Below, one piece after another: positions 38,393 to 49,514 of a stretch of DNA of 64,000 bases; positions within the stretch are counted from its first letter, which is position 1; every line of letters starts with the position of its first letter. Location of the stretch: assembly GCA_017854795.1 (NCBI GenBank), contig JAFMHB010000003.1:81076-145075 (forward strand), read 5' to 3'. This DNA is from Candidatus Nanopelagicales bacterium. Its GTDB lineage: Bacteria > Actinomycetota > Actinomycetes > S36-B12. Under the pieces are notes generated by a model. That model did no database searches, was not told the origin of the DNA, and saw nothing but the letters and a program-made list of their open reading frames with translations. A program made the translations under genes and the position numbers.

Positions 38393-39661
38393 ATGTCCAT
38401 GGGAGCTACCGAGCAGTATCAACGCAGTCCAGTTACACGTGACCGAGTTCGTCCACGGACGATTTTCTCCATCATTGTTTTCGTCCTAGCAACTATTTTG
38501 ACCCCTGTCTCTGTCGCTGGGCACTGGGCTCATTCCACGGTTATTGACGCGGAGCGGTACATCGAAACTATAGGACCAATCGGTGCTAGCCCCGAGGTTC
38601 AAACAGCATTCGCTGAAGTGGTCACCGACTCGATCGTTGCACAGGTGGACACAGAGTCGCTCGTCAGTGATTTCCTGGGTGGAATTCTGCCGAACAGTGC
38701 GGTCACCGATCGCCTTGCTGGCCCCATTGCAACGGGGATCAACGGTTTGATTGGACAGGCGGTAGAAACGTTTGTCACTTCCGATGCCTTCACTACCGCC
38801 TGGCTCGCACTCAATAAAGCCGCCCAAAATGGATTCATCGCCCTTTTAAAGAATGAACCCAGTGGACCAATTGAAATTCAAGGTGATGACGTTGTTCTCA
38901 ACCTTGACTCAGTGATCAAGCTTGCTCAAGACAAGTTAGTGGAAAGTGGTATTTCCTTCGCCGCAAATGTCACCGTCCCAACGACAGACAAGCAATTTGT
39001 ATTGATGAGTGCTCCTGCTCTCAGCCAGGCGCGTACCTTTTATGCGTTCTCCGCACCGTTCCTCAGCTGGATCATGGTCTTGATCGCAGCCATGTTTATT
39101 CTCGCAATCTTACTGGCACGACGCAGAGCTCGAACAACTGTGGCCGTCGGCATTGTTGTTATTGGATCATCTCTCTTGCTGTATGCCGGAACCGTCCTTG
39201 GTGAAGGAGCTGTCAATAATCAATTTGCAGGTACTATTTTTGAGAGTGCAGCCGTTGTTGTCTATCAAACTTTCTTGGCCTACTTGATCTCTGGGCTGCA
39301 ATCATTGGCAGCACTCGGTGTCATAGTGATTATTGGAGGTTGGCTTGCTGGGCGCACGAACTCCGCCCAATACGTTCGTGCTCACTTCAATCGGGGACTT
39401 AGCGAAATCGCTGATCGAACAGGTCTAAACACGGGCGAGAAATTGGCACCCTATGCGCCCATTATTCGTTGGGCCGTGGTTTGCGTTTGGCTCCTCGTGC
39501 TTCTGAGCGGTACCTACCTCGGCAGCGTGAGCGGTGTAATGGTCACACTCCTTATGGCTGGGATCTGGACCGGATTGGAGATTCTTATCCGCGCTCGGAC
39601 CACCATTGAAGTAATTGTTGTGTCGCAGATTGAGGTGATTGAGGTCCCTGATCAAGTCTAA
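38393..39661 (+). CDS. Hypothetical integral membrane protein
   Basis: N-terminal TM, an extracytoplasmic domain and 5 C-terminal TM segments; leaderless -10 TAGAGT. Confidence 0.7.
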   Translation: MSMGATEQYQRSPVTRDRVRPRTIFSIIVFVLATILTPVSVAGHWAHSTVIDAERYIETIGPIGASPEVQTAFAEVVTDSIVAQVDTESLVSDFLGGILPNSAVTDRLAGPIATGINGLIGQAVETFVTSDAFTTAWLALNKAAQNGFIALLKNEPSGPIEIQGDDVVLNLDSVIKLAQDKLVESGISFAANVTVPTTDKQFVLMSAPALSQARTFYAFSAPFLSWIMVLIAAMFILAILLARRRARTTVAVGIVVIGSSLLLYAGTVLGEGAVNNQFAGTIFESAAVVVYQTFLAYLISGLQSLAALGVIVIIGGWLAGRTNSAQYVRAHFNRGLSEIADRTGLNTGEKLAPYAPIIRWAVVCVWLLVLLSGTYLGSVSGVMVTLLMAGIWTGLEILIRARTTIEVIVVSQIEVIEVPDQV

Positions 39662-41018
39662 GTTCCATCAGGAACTTATAGGCTTCACCAACCTCACGAC
39701 CCGGTCCTATTCCTAAGATCTCCATGATTTGCGATCCATCAAGATCCGGTCGCATCGCATCAAGTTCTTCCTGCTCCTGCAATTGCGTAATGCGCTGTTC
39801 CAAACTGTCGTAAGCGGCTTGTAATGCCGCCGCCCTGCGCTTGTTTCGGGTCGTTGAATCGGCCCGCGTCAATTTGTGAAGCCGATTCAACTGGGCGCCT
39901 GCATCTCGCACATAACGGCGAACAGCGGAATCACTCCATTCCCCTGTGCCATAACCGTGGAAGCGCAAATGCAACTCAACGAGAGTTGACACTTCCTCGA
40001 TCTGTTCGTTGCTAAATCGAAGAGCCTTCATACGTTTTTTTGCCATGCGAGCACCGACAACTTCGTGGTGGTGGAAAGAGACCCTGCCGTCAGACTCAAA
40101 CTTGCGGGTTTTTGGTTTACCAATGTCGTGCAGAAGTGCCGCTAATCGAAGAATCAAGTCATTGGGGAGAGCGGGTTCATGGATAGTTTCCAAATCGATC
40201 GCTTGCTCAAGCACCGTCAGTGTGTGTTCATACACATCCTTGTGATGGTGGTGTTCGTCTTCTTCTAGTTGAAGCATGGGTAACTCTGGCAATACGTATT
40301 CGGCAAGTCCTGTTTCCACCATGACGGTCAATCCAATTCGTGGATGTTCAGACATGACGATCTTGATTAATTCTTCGCGGATTCGCTCGGCTGAAACTAT
40401 CTCGAGTCGCGGCGCCATTTCACGCATTGCCTCAATGACGTCAGGTGCAATTGAAAAGCGTAATTGAGAGGAGAAGCGCGCCGCCCGCATCATTCGCAGG
40501 GGGTCATCGGAAAATGACTGTGTTGCAGTGAATGGAGTCGTTAACACCTTCTCTTCTAAGTGTTGCAAACCATTAAAAAGATCAACAAACTCCAAAGTAG
40601 GGAGTTTTAGTGCCATCGCGTTCACGGTAAAATCTCGGCGACCAAGGTCTGCGGCTAACTCTGTTCCAAACTCAACATCGGGCTTACGGGAATCCGCGTT
40701 GTAATTCTCACTGCGATAGGTCGTGATTTCAATCTGGCGTTTGTCTTTACTGGCACTGATAGTGCCAAATTCGATCCCTGTGTCCCAAGTGTGCTCAGCC
40801 CATCCACCCAGAATTCGCTTAATGTCTGCGGGGTGGGCGCTAGTGGTGAAGTCAAGATCCGCCAACGGGGAGGTGTGCCCGAGAAATGCGTCCCGAACTG
40901 GGCCGCCAACCAGGGCAAGTTCAAAGCCTGAAGTGTGGAAAAGCATTCCGAGTTCATAGAGCAAACCGGCGACGGGAGCTAGGCCCTCGAGTGCTTGACG
41001 CTGAAGTGAAGTGGACAC
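39585..41018 (-). CDS. cca: CCA tRNA nucleotidyltransferase with HD domain
   Basis: LVGGPVRD, DLDF, RRDFTVNAM, DDPLRM, LLHDIGK. Start is GTG 41018 or TTG 41027. Confidence 0.93.
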   Translation of the reverse strand: MSTSLQRQALEGLAPVAGLLYELGMLFHTSGFELALVGGPVRDAFLGHTSPLADLDFTTSAHPADIKRILGGWAEHTWDTGIEFGTISASKDKRQIEITTYRSENYNADSRKPDVEFGTELAADLGRRDFTVNAMALKLPTLEFVDLFNGLQHLEEKVLTTPFTATQSFSDDPLRMMRAARFSSQLRFSIAPDVIEAMREMAPRLEIVSAERIREELIKIVMSEHPRIGLTVMVETGLAEYVLPELPMLQLEEDEHHHHKDVYEHTLTVLEQAIDLETIHEPALPNDLILRLAALLHDIGKPKTRKFESDGRVSFHHHEVVGARMAKKRMKALRFSNEQIEEVSTLVELHLRFHGYGTGEWSDSAVRRYVRDAGAQLNRLHKLTRADSTTRNKRRAAALQAAYDSLEQRITQLQEQEELDAMRPDLDGSQIMEILGIGPGREVGEAYKFLMELRLDQGPQSPQSATQQLLQWWSERG

Positions 41019-41059
41019 GGCAGCCAAGGTTACTCACCCACTGCCTTTATCCTCGATAC

Positions 41060-43234
41060 ATGGTGTTTTTGGGCGAGCGCATTCCCTCATGGCACCGCTT
41101 GCTCTTGGTGATCCCTTTCCTAGTTTCCAGCCTGGCCGTAATCGGGGTTGGAGCAACACCCACGGCCGCTGACCCTACGGGTTCGGTGATAGCTGTAGTG
41201 CTCGACCGGATGACTCCCATTGCGCCACGCCCCGGCAGCACCTTGCGGATTTCCGGAAAATTACTCAATTCGTCGGGTTCGGCGGTTAACAAGGTCTCTG
41301 CGCGTCTTGGAATTTCGGCCAGTCCGCTTGATGAGCGCGCTCAAGTCTCCAAAACCTCAGATCTTGAGCTCAATCCTGAAATTGACCCCGTTGACTATTT
41401 CCTTAACCGGACCAAGGTGGACGTGAGTGATGTGTTGAGGCCGGGTGATCAAGCCACCTTCGAGATTTCCGTCCCGGTAAATGACCTACCTCTTGGCCGT
41501 GATGGTGTCTACACCGTCATGATTGAGATTCTGGGATCGACCGGAGTAGGAAATGTGAGCCGCCAGGGTGGTGTCAGGACGTTTATTCCCTGGATGGGTC
41601 CGAAGTCCAATCCCATTGATTTGGTGTGGCTGTGGCCACTTGCTGACTACCCGGCTCAGGAAGCAAATGGCGTTCTGTTGAATGAGGGGATACCGCGTTC
41701 TTTGGCCCCAGGGGGTCGGCTTGCCTCACTTCTGGACATTGCAGTCAGAAACTCCAGCAAAGTGAGTTGGATCGCAGATCCTCAATTACTGCAGGTCGCC
41801 CAAGACCTATCCGGTGGCTATCAAGTTCGCAGCGGTGATTCGATTTCAGTTGGTGATCTATCCCAAGACGCTGGTCAATGGTTGAACCGATTAGGACAGG
41901 CACTGAATTCGAGCCGGAATACGGAAGCTGCTGGATCGGCTTCCGCTGATCGGCTGCCACTTCGAGTGACACCGTATGCAGATATTGATGCAAGTGCCGT
42001 AACACGTTCCGGTCTAGACACCGATGTTGTTCGTTCGACCACAACTGCGGCAGGTGTGGCATCTAGTGTTCTAGGTCAAAGTGTTGAAGGCACTTTATTT
42101 TGGGCGCCAAGTGGACGACTCAACAAGAAAACCGGCGACCTGCTGGCATCAAGTGGTGTTCGCACCGTGATCCTGCGCGGTACAGCCCTGCCACCCTCGA
42201 ACCCAGCAACTGTGTCAACCGGATTCGGTGTGTTAGGTACAACATACGGTGGAATGAATGCGGTACTCATTGACACTGGTTTGAGTACAACCTTAAGTCT
42301 TCCTCAAACTTCAGCATCCGATGAAATTTTGATGCGTCAACGATTTCTGGCCGAGACTGTCCTGCTCAGTCAACTTATTCCTACTGAATCTGCTTCCCGA
42401 ATGATCGTTGTCGGTCCGCAGGACATTCACTGGAACCCTTCATCCCTTGCCCTTAATTCATTGTTAGACGCCACAGGGAAGGTGCCTTGGCTCAATGCAG
42501 CCTCACTCTCCGAGTTGCTCAACGAAAACAGTACCGAGATCCCGCGTAAGCGGCTTGGATACGGGCCCAGAGCCAGAGGTGCTGAACTCCCAGCCACCTA
42601 TATCCAAAAAGTACAAGTAGCCAGTGATGAGTTGGCATCCCTTACAGCTGTACTCGACAACCCCAGTGGTATCACGGATGCCTACTCTGAGGCGATCTTG
42701 CGGGCACAATCAAGTGCTTGGCGTCTCGACCCCGCTACGGGTGTTGAACTTGTTTCCAGTATTTCAACGAGTCTACGGGAGCAAATTAATAGGGTTTACG
42801 CCCTCTCCGAAGGAACAATCACGCTCTCTGGTGAGAGTGGTTTAGTTCCGGTAACCATTGCCAATGATCTTGATCGCAGCGTCACAATTGGTGTGCAGTT
42901 GCGGGGGATTCCCAATGTGCGTCTTGAGAGTGACCCCCTTTATGAAATCACCATTGGTCCCGGCAAGAAAGTCAGTGTTGAACTTGAGGCCACGGTTGTG
43001 GGTGGTCGAACATTGAGTGCTGGCGTTCAGTTACTCACCCCTGAAGGTCAAGATTTTGGGCTACCGGCACGAATTGAACTTGTTTCCACGGCATATGCCC
43101 GGGCCGCTGCTTGGGTGATTGGCGCGGCATTCGCTGCAATCGTTCTATTTGTTGTTGTGGGAATTACGCGGCGCGTTCACAAGGCTGCTACTGGAGCTCG
43201 GGGCAATTCACAGAAGAATGAGTCACATGTCTGA
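41060..43234 (+). CDS. DUF6049-like secreted/membrane-anchored protein
   Basis: Signal peptide, WLWPL, GGRL, PYADID and a C-terminal TM; conserved position before murJ. Confidence 0.78.
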   Translation: MVFLGERIPSWHRLLLVIPFLVSSLAVIGVGATPTAADPTGSVIAVVLDRMTPIAPRPGSTLRISGKLLNSSGSAVNKVSARLGISASPLDERAQVSKTSDLELNPEIDPVDYFLNRTKVDVSDVLRPGDQATFEISVPVNDLPLGRDGVYTVMIEILGSTGVGNVSRQGGVRTFIPWMGPKSNPIDLVWLWPLADYPAQEANGVLLNEGIPRSLAPGGRLASLLDIAVRNSSKVSWIADPQLLQVAQDLSGGYQVRSGDSISVGDLSQDAGQWLNRLGQALNSSRNTEAAGSASADRLPLRVTPYADIDASAVTRSGLDTDVVRSTTTAAGVASSVLGQSVEGTLFWAPSGRLNKKTGDLLASSGVRTVILRGTALPPSNPATVSTGFGVLGTTYGGMNAVLIDTGLSTTLSLPQTSASDEILMRQRFLAETVLLSQLIPTESASRMIVVGPQDIHWNPSSLALNSLLDATGKVPWLNAASLSELLNENSTEIPRKRLGYGPRARGAELPATYIQKVQVASDELASLTAVLDNPSGITDAYSEAILRAQSSAWRLDPATGVELVSSISTSLREQINRVYALSEGTITLSGESGLVPVTIANDLDRSVTIGVQLRGIPNVRLESDPLYEITIGPGKKVSVELEATVVGGRTLSAGVQLLTPEGQDFGLPARIELVSTAYARAAAWVIGAAFAAIVLFVVVGITRRVHKAATGARGNSQKNESHV

Positions 43235-44894
43235 GCGGGCGTTGTTGGGTCCTAGCACCGTTATGGCCGCGGGCACCGTTACTTCACGCGTAACGGGAAT
43301 CGCGCGCGACATCACGATGACGGCTGCGCTCGGATTCTTTTTGGTATCCGATGCATTTTCGTTGGGTAACTCACTTCCCAACATGATTTATATTTTAATT
43401 CTTGGTGGCGCATTAAACGCTGTCTTTATTCCACAACTCGTTCGCAAAATGAAAGACGACGCAGATGACGGACGTGCTTATGCCGACCGACTCATTACGT
43501 TGACGGCAACGGCTTTACTTGCATTGTCGATCATTTCAATTATTTTGGCGCCATGGATTGTTGACCTTTACACACCGAGTGACTATCCACAAAGTGAGTT
43601 TGATTTAGCTGTTGCATTTACTCGCTTATGTTTACCACAGATATTTTTCTATGGTCTCTACACAATGTTCAGTCAAGTGTTGAACACCCGCGGAAAATTT
43701 GGTGCACCGATGTTCGCTCCCATCGCGAACAACATTGTGGCAATCTCAACCTTCCTTCTGTTCATTTATTTCGCAGGCACCAGTGCCGCAGCTGATGGCA
43801 ATCTCACATCGGGTGAGATTTGGTTACTCGGCTTGGGTACCACTTTGGGTGTCGTTATTCAGGCCTGCATTTTGATTCCTGTCCTGTACCGCGCTGGATA
43901 CGTGTGGCACCCACATTTTGATTGGAGGGGCTACGGTCTTCAAAAGGCAGGGAAACTGGCTGCATGGACAATTGGTCTCGTACTTGTTAATCAATTGACG
44001 TACCTAGTAATCACGCGATTTGCTACCCAAGCGAACATCAATGCGATCTCGTCTGGCGCCGCGGCAGCGGGACTCACTACCTACCAAAAAGCACATCTGG
44101 TTTTCATGTTGCCCCACAGTGTGATCACAGTTTCCGTCATCACGGCCTTACTTCCTTCACTTAGTCGAGTTGCACACTCAGGAAAACTCACTCAGGTTTC
44201 ACGTGACCTCGTTGGCGCAATGCGTCTGGTTTCATTTCTCATTATTCCTGTTACGGCCATGATCTTGGTCGGTGGCACTTCAGTGGCTGTTTTGCTCTTT
44301 GACTTCGGTGCTGCAACAACCGATCAAGCCCGAATACTGGGCGGAGTCATCTCAGTCTTCATGCTGGGAATGCTTCCATTTACTCTCTTTTACGTCTTAC
44401 TGCGCGGCTTCTACTCACTGGAAGACACCCGAACCCCATTTTTCATCACTGTCGTTTTCTCGCTGGTCTTCCTTGGCCTTCTCGTCCCTATCTTTGGTCT
44501 CCTCACCGGTGAAGGTGTGCAAATCACCTACATTGCCTTGTGTTACAGCGCCTCTTACTGGGTAGGCCTCGTCATTGCCTGGATTGTTTTGGCCCGCAAG
44601 TTAGGTGGACTCTCATCACTTTCTGTAATCGGATCGATTGGACGAATGCTGGTCGTCGGCATTCTCTCTGTTCTCGTCATGCTGTTCACCCAAAGCCGAC
44701 TCAATCAATTCTTTTTCGGTGACACCAATTTCGTGAATTATTCTGACAAAACCACGCTGCTTATTCGGCTAGTTTTGGTAATCCTTAGTGGAGCAGTCAG
44801 CTACATCGCTTTGTCTTGGCTCTTCCGTGTTCCTGAGATAACCCTTGCCTATCGTGTGTTCCGCGAGAAACTAAGTCCTAAGGTGAAGTCGTGA
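43227..44894 (+). CDS. murJ: Lipid II flippase
   Basis: SRVTGIARD, LPNMIY, LPQIFFYG, LPHS, FYSLEDTRTP. Confidence 0.93.
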   Translation: MSERALLGPSTVMAAGTVTSRVTGIARDITMTAALGFFLVSDAFSLGNSLPNMIYILILGGALNAVFIPQLVRKMKDDADDGRAYADRLITLTATALLALSIISIILAPWIVDLYTPSDYPQSEFDLAVAFTRLCLPQIFFYGLYTMFSQVLNTRGKFGAPMFAPIANNIVAISTFLLFIYFAGTSAAADGNLTSGEIWLLGLGTTLGVVIQACILIPVLYRAGYVWHPHFDWRGYGLQKAGKLAAWTIGLVLVNQLTYLVITRFATQANINAISSGAAAAGLTTYQKAHLVFMLPHSVITVSVITALLPSLSRVAHSGKLTQVSRDLVGAMRLVSFLIIPVTAMILVGGTSVAVLLFDFGAATTDQARILGGVISVFMLGMLPFTLFYVLLRGFYSLEDTRTPFFITVVFSLVFLGLLVPIFGLLTGEGVQITYIALCYSASYWVGLVIAWIVLARKLGGLSSLSVIGSIGRMLVVGILSVLVMLFTQSRLNQFFFGDTNFVNYSDKTTLLIRLVLVILSGAVSYIALSWLFRVPEITLAYRVFREKLSPKVKS

Positions 44895-46477
44895 TCGGTT
44901 CAGGAACCAAGTTCAATCGGTACACGCTGCTGGAAATTATCAGCGAGCACCCTCCCGTGGATGGAGGTCAGTTCACGGTTCAGTTGTGGCGTGGTCGCGA
45001 CGACATCTTGGATCGAAACATTGCTATTCGTCTAATGCGGACACAAGATCAACGCTTGGTCAAAGTTCTCGGAGCTGCTCAAGCTGCCGCAATGGCCGAT
45101 GACCGCCGACTTCTCCGAGTACTCGATATTCTCGATATTGGTGCTACGGAGGACGATCCCCCGTACACCGCAATTATTAGCGAATGGTGCACCGGGACAC
45201 CACTTCACATTGCCGTTGACGGTGTAGACACCCCGGCATACGATGCCGAATTTTCACTGGATTCTGTTTCTAGTATTGCTTGGGCATTGAATGCCTGCCT
45301 ATCAATTAATCTTGAGCACGGTCGGCTTCGCCCCAGTTGTATCTTCTTGACCGAAAACTCTGAAGTGTTAATTAGTGGCCTCGCTGTTGACCACGCACTA
45401 TTCGGCCCTTTGTTTGAGACACAGAGCTCACAGGATGCTACTACTGGGAGAGACGTTAACGGGCTGGGTTCATTGCTCTACTGCTTCACAACAGGTTTGT
45501 GGCCCTACCCCGTGTATTCCAGTGAGAAGAATCCAGATCCAATGTTGAGCGTTCACGTTCCCTTCTCACCCAAAGCGGGAAAAGACATTCCGTTACCGTC
45601 GAGTGTAAAAGCGAGTATTCCTCGCGCCGTCGACGACATTGTCAGTCGAAGTGTGATCGGTGCAAGTAAGTCCCGCGGTGTAACGCGAATTCAAGACTCC
45701 CTCGGTTTCGCCAACTCAATTGCTGCTGCTCGGGATTACCACACCCCACTGAGCACGACAACTGTCCGAGCACCTGTTGGTATCTCTCAAGACACTTCAC
45801 CCAAAAGTGTTATAAAGCGTGTAATTGGTGTGGTGATTGCTGCCACCATCATCCTTGCTGTTTCATTATTGGGAATACAACTCCTAAGTGCATCCAACTC
45901 AACTACCGCTCAGGTGGATTCCGAAGGTAGCGTGGTCAACTCAACCGAAATTCTCACGAGCCCAGCGACCCCATACATTGAAATTGAAGTCGGCAATACC
46001 GCCGGCACCATTCCCATTGCCTCCGTGCGCTCATTTGACCCGCGCGGTGGTCCACCCAATGGTGCTTTGGGTACCGAACGAGAAAATAGTGCCCCACGCG
46101 CAATTGACGGTGATGCCGTCACCGCTTGGACCACCAAGACCTACAAAACTGCATCCCTTGGTAAAAAAGGTGGGGTTGGCTTGATCCTTGATCTTGGTGA
46201 GGAAGCGGATGTCACAGGTGTTTCTCTCGGGTTAGTTGGCTACGGAACCGACCTACAGGTTCGCGTTGCCAATGAGATTTTGCCTGATCCAGATTTGTGG
46301 ACAAAGTTGGTCAGTATTGATGACGCGGGCCCACAAATAGACCTTCGTGCCCCCAGACCCGTATCCGGTCGTTATGTGCTGATTTGGTTGACGGGTATTC
46401 CGCCAAAGGAGAGTGGGGAGAAATTCCAGGGGGGAATCACGAGTGCATCCGTATTCGGAGCGATCAAAGACGACTGA
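44891..46477 (+). CDS. MurJ-associated pseudokinase-TM-extracellular beta-sandwich protein
   Basis: WRGRDDILDR.IAIR, RLLRVLD; degenerate catalytic loop HGRLRP; C-terminal AIDGD..TAW, KGGVGL, RYVLIWLT. Confidence 0.75.
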   Translation: MIGSGTKFNRYTLLEIISEHPPVDGGQFTVQLWRGRDDILDRNIAIRLMRTQDQRLVKVLGAAQAAAMADDRRLLRVLDILDIGATEDDPPYTAIISEWCTGTPLHIAVDGVDTPAYDAEFSLDSVSSIAWALNACLSINLEHGRLRPSCIFLTENSEVLISGLAVDHALFGPLFETQSSQDATTGRDVNGLGSLLYCFTTGLWPYPVYSSEKNPDPMLSVHVPFSPKAGKDIPLPSSVKASIPRAVDDIVSRSVIGASKSRGVTRIQDSLGFANSIAAARDYHTPLSTTTVRAPVGISQDTSPKSVIKRVIGVVIAATIILAVSLLGIQLLSASNSTTAQVDSEGSVVNSTEILTSPATPYIEIEVGNTAGTIPIASVRSFDPRGGPPNGALGTERENSAPRAIDGDAVTAWTTKTYKTASLGKKGGVGLILDLGEEADVTGVSLGLVGYGTDLQVRVANEILPDPDLWTKLVSIDDAGPQIDLRAPRPVSGRYVLIWLTGIPPKESGEKFQGGITSASVFGAIKDD

Positions 46478-46560
46478 TTCATGGCAAATTGGTCGGAATT
46501 AGGTGTCCCACAAGCAATGGGCAACCACAGAAGGTGCCGCCCTTTCATTAGGCTAATCGC

Positions 46561-47205
46561 GTGCCTGCAACCGATCTCCACGAATTAAGTGATCGTGAGT
46601 TGATGGCAGCCCATGTCGCAGGGGATTCCCAAGCATTTAGTGAACTTATTTCTCGGCACAGGGACCGCCTCTGGTCGGTCTCACTTCGAACGACGGGTGA
46701 CCCTGAAGAGGCCAGTGATGCCCTCCAGGACGCTTTGATCTCCGCTTTTCGACGTGCCGACCAATACCGTGGTGAAGCCGCCGTCACCACGTGGTTGCAC
46801 CGGATTGTGGTCAATGCCGGATTGGATCGGCTTCGTCGCCGGGCGGTACGCCCTACAACCACTTTGCCTGACCACCATGACAACAATGCCTTGGAGATCG
46901 TAGAGCCTCGGGACGCTATTACCGAGCGGGAGAACTGGATCGAGATCTCAGCTGCCCTTGCCGAGTTGCCGCAGGACCAAAGGGAAGCCATTATTTTAGT
47001 TGATGTCCAAGGGTACTCGGTTGAGGCGGCCGCAAAGGAACTTAATTGCCCCACTGGGACGATTAAAAGCCGATGTAGCCGTGGCCGAGCCAAACTCGCC
47101 GAGAGTTTGGGTCACCTGCGGAACCAAGACGTCGGAGAAATCGTCACAACGACAGATCGAGAATCAGCGGGCAGGAATTTAACCAAGTCAGGGGAGGAGG
47201 AGTAA
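46561..47205 (+). CDS. sigM: ECF RNA polymerase sigma factor SigM
   Basis: RHRDRLW, DALQDA, TTWLHRIVVNA, GTIKSRCSRGR. Confidence 0.92.
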   Translation: MPATDLHELSDRELMAAHVAGDSQAFSELISRHRDRLWSVSLRTTGDPEEASDALQDALISAFRRADQYRGEAAVTTWLHRIVVNAGLDRLRRRAVRPTTTLPDHHDNNALEIVEPRDAITERENWIEISAALAELPQDQREAIILVDVQGYSVEAAAKELNCPTGTIKSRCSRGRAKLAESLGHLRNQDVGEIVTTTDRESAGRNLTKSGEEE

Positions 47206-47207
47206 AC

Positions 47208-48131
47208 GTGAAAGACCATAACGAAAGCTCCGAATTCCCAGAAGGTGAGTTCCCAGAAGGTGAGTTCCCAGAGGGTGAATTCAGGGAACCCTACGGCGAC
47301 ATAGCAGCCTATGGCCGGTACTTGGACGCTGAACCGCTAGAGGCGATGCCAACGAGTGTCTGGGAGCACATCTCCACGACCCTCTCCTTAGAGTCCGCCG
47401 ACCGAGTGATCCCGGATTCACCAGCAGCCCTTGGCTCAGATCCCGCGGTCCGTGAACTTGAGAGCTACCGAAAGCACCGTGTCGGGGGCAAATGGGTTGG
47501 TGGTTTGGTGGCTGCGAGTGTGACCCTGTTCGCTGTCGGGATAGGTGTCAATGTCCTAAATTCAGACACCGCTGATCAGAATTCTGTCGTCGCTGGGGCT
47601 CAGCCGGCTCAATCTGACTCGCTGGCTGCTGCTTCGCCTCAGATTATTCAGGCGGGTTTTGTCCCACCCGCTGTCGAAGTACTCGAAAGCGGCAGCGACT
47701 ACAACTCGACGAATCTCAGGGACAATGTGACCCTCCTGTTGAGCAAACTGGGAATTAAGAAACCTATGGACATTTTCATGACTCCTGTGAGTGACATGAC
47801 AACTAAAAAGATGACCAAAGCGACAGGGATGACGGGAAGTTTGGAATCCTTGCGCAACTGTCTCAATGAGATCACCCAGTCGGAGTCCTCTCAGGCCATT
47901 TTCGTTGACCGAGCTACCTTCCAAGGGATGGACGCCGGAGTGATCGTGATACCTATGGTCATGTTCAAAGGCATGGATACTCTCGCAACCAGTGATGACC
48001 GAATGAAATTCGCATACGACCTTGAGTCCTCAGGGGCTGACCTTGGTGCACTTGATGTTTGGGTTGTTGGCCCTGACTGTGGAACTTTGGCACTTGATGT
48101 TTACTCACATGTGAGCCACTCACTCAAATAG
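47208..48131 (+). CDS. Probable anti-sigma factor (RsmA-like), single TM
   Basis: Downstream of sigM; MP..V...I...L motif, a TM segment, SGSDY and VWVVGPDC. Confidence 0.65.
   Translation: MKDHNESSEFPEGEFPEGEFPEGEFREPYGDIAAYGRYLDAEPLEAMPTSVWEHISTTLSLESADRVIPDSPAALGSDPAVRELESYRKHRVGGKWVGGLVAASVTLFAVGIGVNVLNSDTADQNSVVAGAQPAQSDSLAAASPQIIQAGFVPPAVEVLESGSDYNSTNLRDNVTLLLSKLGIKKPMDIFMTPVSDMTTKKMTKATGMTGSLESLRNCLNEITQSESSQAIFVDRATFQGMDAGVIVIPMVMFKGMDTLATSDDRMKFAYDLESSGADLGALDVWVVGPDCGTLALDVYSHVSHSLK
47232..47282 (+). repeat. 15-bp tandem repeat x3.4 (EFPEG)n
   Basis: GAATTCCCAGAAGGT GAGTTCCCAGAAGGT GAGTTCCCAGAGGGT GAATTC. Confidence 0.9.
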
Positions 48132-48208
48132 TTCAACCCGAGTCTGGAGCGGTAGACTCGCACCGCCCATATATTCCTCGGCAGCACAAGTTGAAAGTAG
48201 TGGTTTTC

Positions 48209-49138
48209 GTGAGTGAAGTTCGCAACGTAATAATTGTTGGATCCGGTCCTGCCGGCTACACGGCAGCGGTTTACGCGGCGCGTGCGCAACTTAATCCACT
48301 CCTTTTTGAAGGGGCAGTGACCGCTGGTGGAGCGCTCATGAACACGACCGAGGTTGAGAACTTTCCTGGCTTTGAAGACGGAATCATGGGACCGCAGCTC
48401 ATGGAAAATATGCGCGCACAAGCTGTTCGATTTGGCGCCGAGATTATTACCGATGACATAACCGAGATTAACGTTGAAGGTGACATTAAGTCAGTGACTG
48501 ACGGTGCTGGCAACGTTCATCAAGCCCGAACCTTGATTTTGGCTATGGGATCGGGTTACCGTGAACTTGGTTTGCCCAATGAGAAGCGACTCAGTGGTCA
48601 CGGGGTTTCATGGTGTGCAACCTGTGATGGTTTCTTCTTCCGCGACCAAGACATTGCTGTCGTTGGAGGTGGTGACTCTGCACTAGAAGAAGCAACCTTC
48701 CTCACCCGATTCGCTAGGTCTGTGACACTGATTCACCGTCGCGGCGAACTTCGTGGCAGCAAGATCATGCAAGAGCGTGCGCTGGCAAACGAGAAGATTC
48801 ACGTCGCTTGGAACAGTGAGGTTGCTGCAATTCATGGTGATGCAAAACTCTCTGGCATCACACTCCGCGACACGGAAAACGGCACCGAACGTGAACTCGC
48901 CGTCACCGGACTGTTCATCGCAATCGGCCATGATCCCCGATCGGAACTACTCCCAGGAAAAGTTGAACTCGACCCCGAAGGCTACGTACTTGTTCAACCG
49001 AATTCGACCCGAACCTCGGCCCCTGGGGTGTTTGCCTGTGGGGATCTCGTTGACCACATCTACCGTCAGGCGATCACCGCGGCTGGAACCGGTTGCTCGG
49101 CAGCCCTTGACGCTGAGCGGTATCTCGCCCACCAGTAG
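48209..49138 (+). CDS. trxB: Thioredoxin reductase
   Basis: [28 protein letters not shown]. Start at GTG 48209. Confidence 0.97.
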   Translation: MSEVRNVIIVGSGPAGYTAAVYAARAQLNPLLFEGAVTAGGALMNTTEVENFPGFEDGIMGPQLMENMRAQAVRFGAEIITDDITEINVEGDIKSVTDGAGNVHQARTLILAMGSGYRELGLPNEKRLSGHGVSWCATCDGFFFRDQDIAVVGGGDSALEEATFLTRFARSVTLIHRRGELRGSKIMQERALANEKIHVAWNSEVAAIHGDAKLSGITLRDTENGTERELAVTGLFIAIGHDPRSELLPGKVELDPEGYVLVQPNSTRTSAPGVFACGDLVDHIYRQAITAAGTGCSAALDAERYLAHQ

Positions 49139-49190
49139 CAGTAGCGCCAGACCTTTTCGCTAAGTTAGCCACTAATCAAAGGAGAATCAC

Positions 49191-49511
49191 ATGGGAGCAA
49201 CCAAAATCGTCACCGACGCCAACTTCGCCGACGAAGTACTCATGAGCGAGAAGCCCGTTCTCGTTGACTTTTGGGCCGAATGGTGTGGACCATGCAAGAT
49301 GGTTGCCCCGATCCTTGAGGAAATTGCAGCAGCCAATGATGGAATCGTGATCGCAAAGATGAATGTTGACGAAAACCCGTCAACACCCGCCTCTTACGGC
49401 ATCACGTCAATCCCCACCATGAACGTGTACCAGGGCGGTCAGATCGTAAAGACAATCATTGGTGCAAAGCCAAAGGCTGCTTTACTCGCTGACCTGGCTC
49501 CGTACCTGTAG
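49191..49511 (+). CDS. trxA: Thioredoxin
   Basis: WAEWCGPC. Confidence 0.98.
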   Translation: MGATKIVTDANFADEVLMSEKPVLVDFWAEWCGPCKMVAPILEEIAAANDGIVIAKMNVDENPSTPASYGITSIPTMNVYQGGQIVKTIIGAKPKAALLADLAPYL

Positions 49512-49514
49512 GCA

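Noticed and set aside
44196-44209. parS-like sequence GTTTCACGTGACCT inside murJ
   Set aside because: Only 11/14 match to GTTTCACGTGAAAC, with the right arm broken; probably chance.
44891-46477. Novel kinase next to murJ
   Set aside because: This is the known MurJ-associated pseudokinase, fused in mycobacteria and separate in other actinomycetes; its catalytic motifs are degenerate.
46548-47093. 181-aa minus-strand ORF
   Set aside because: Antisense shadow of sigM.
47232-47282. CRISPR-like array
   Set aside because: A contiguous coding tandem repeat with no spacers and no cas genes; I saw no CRISPR array in the window.
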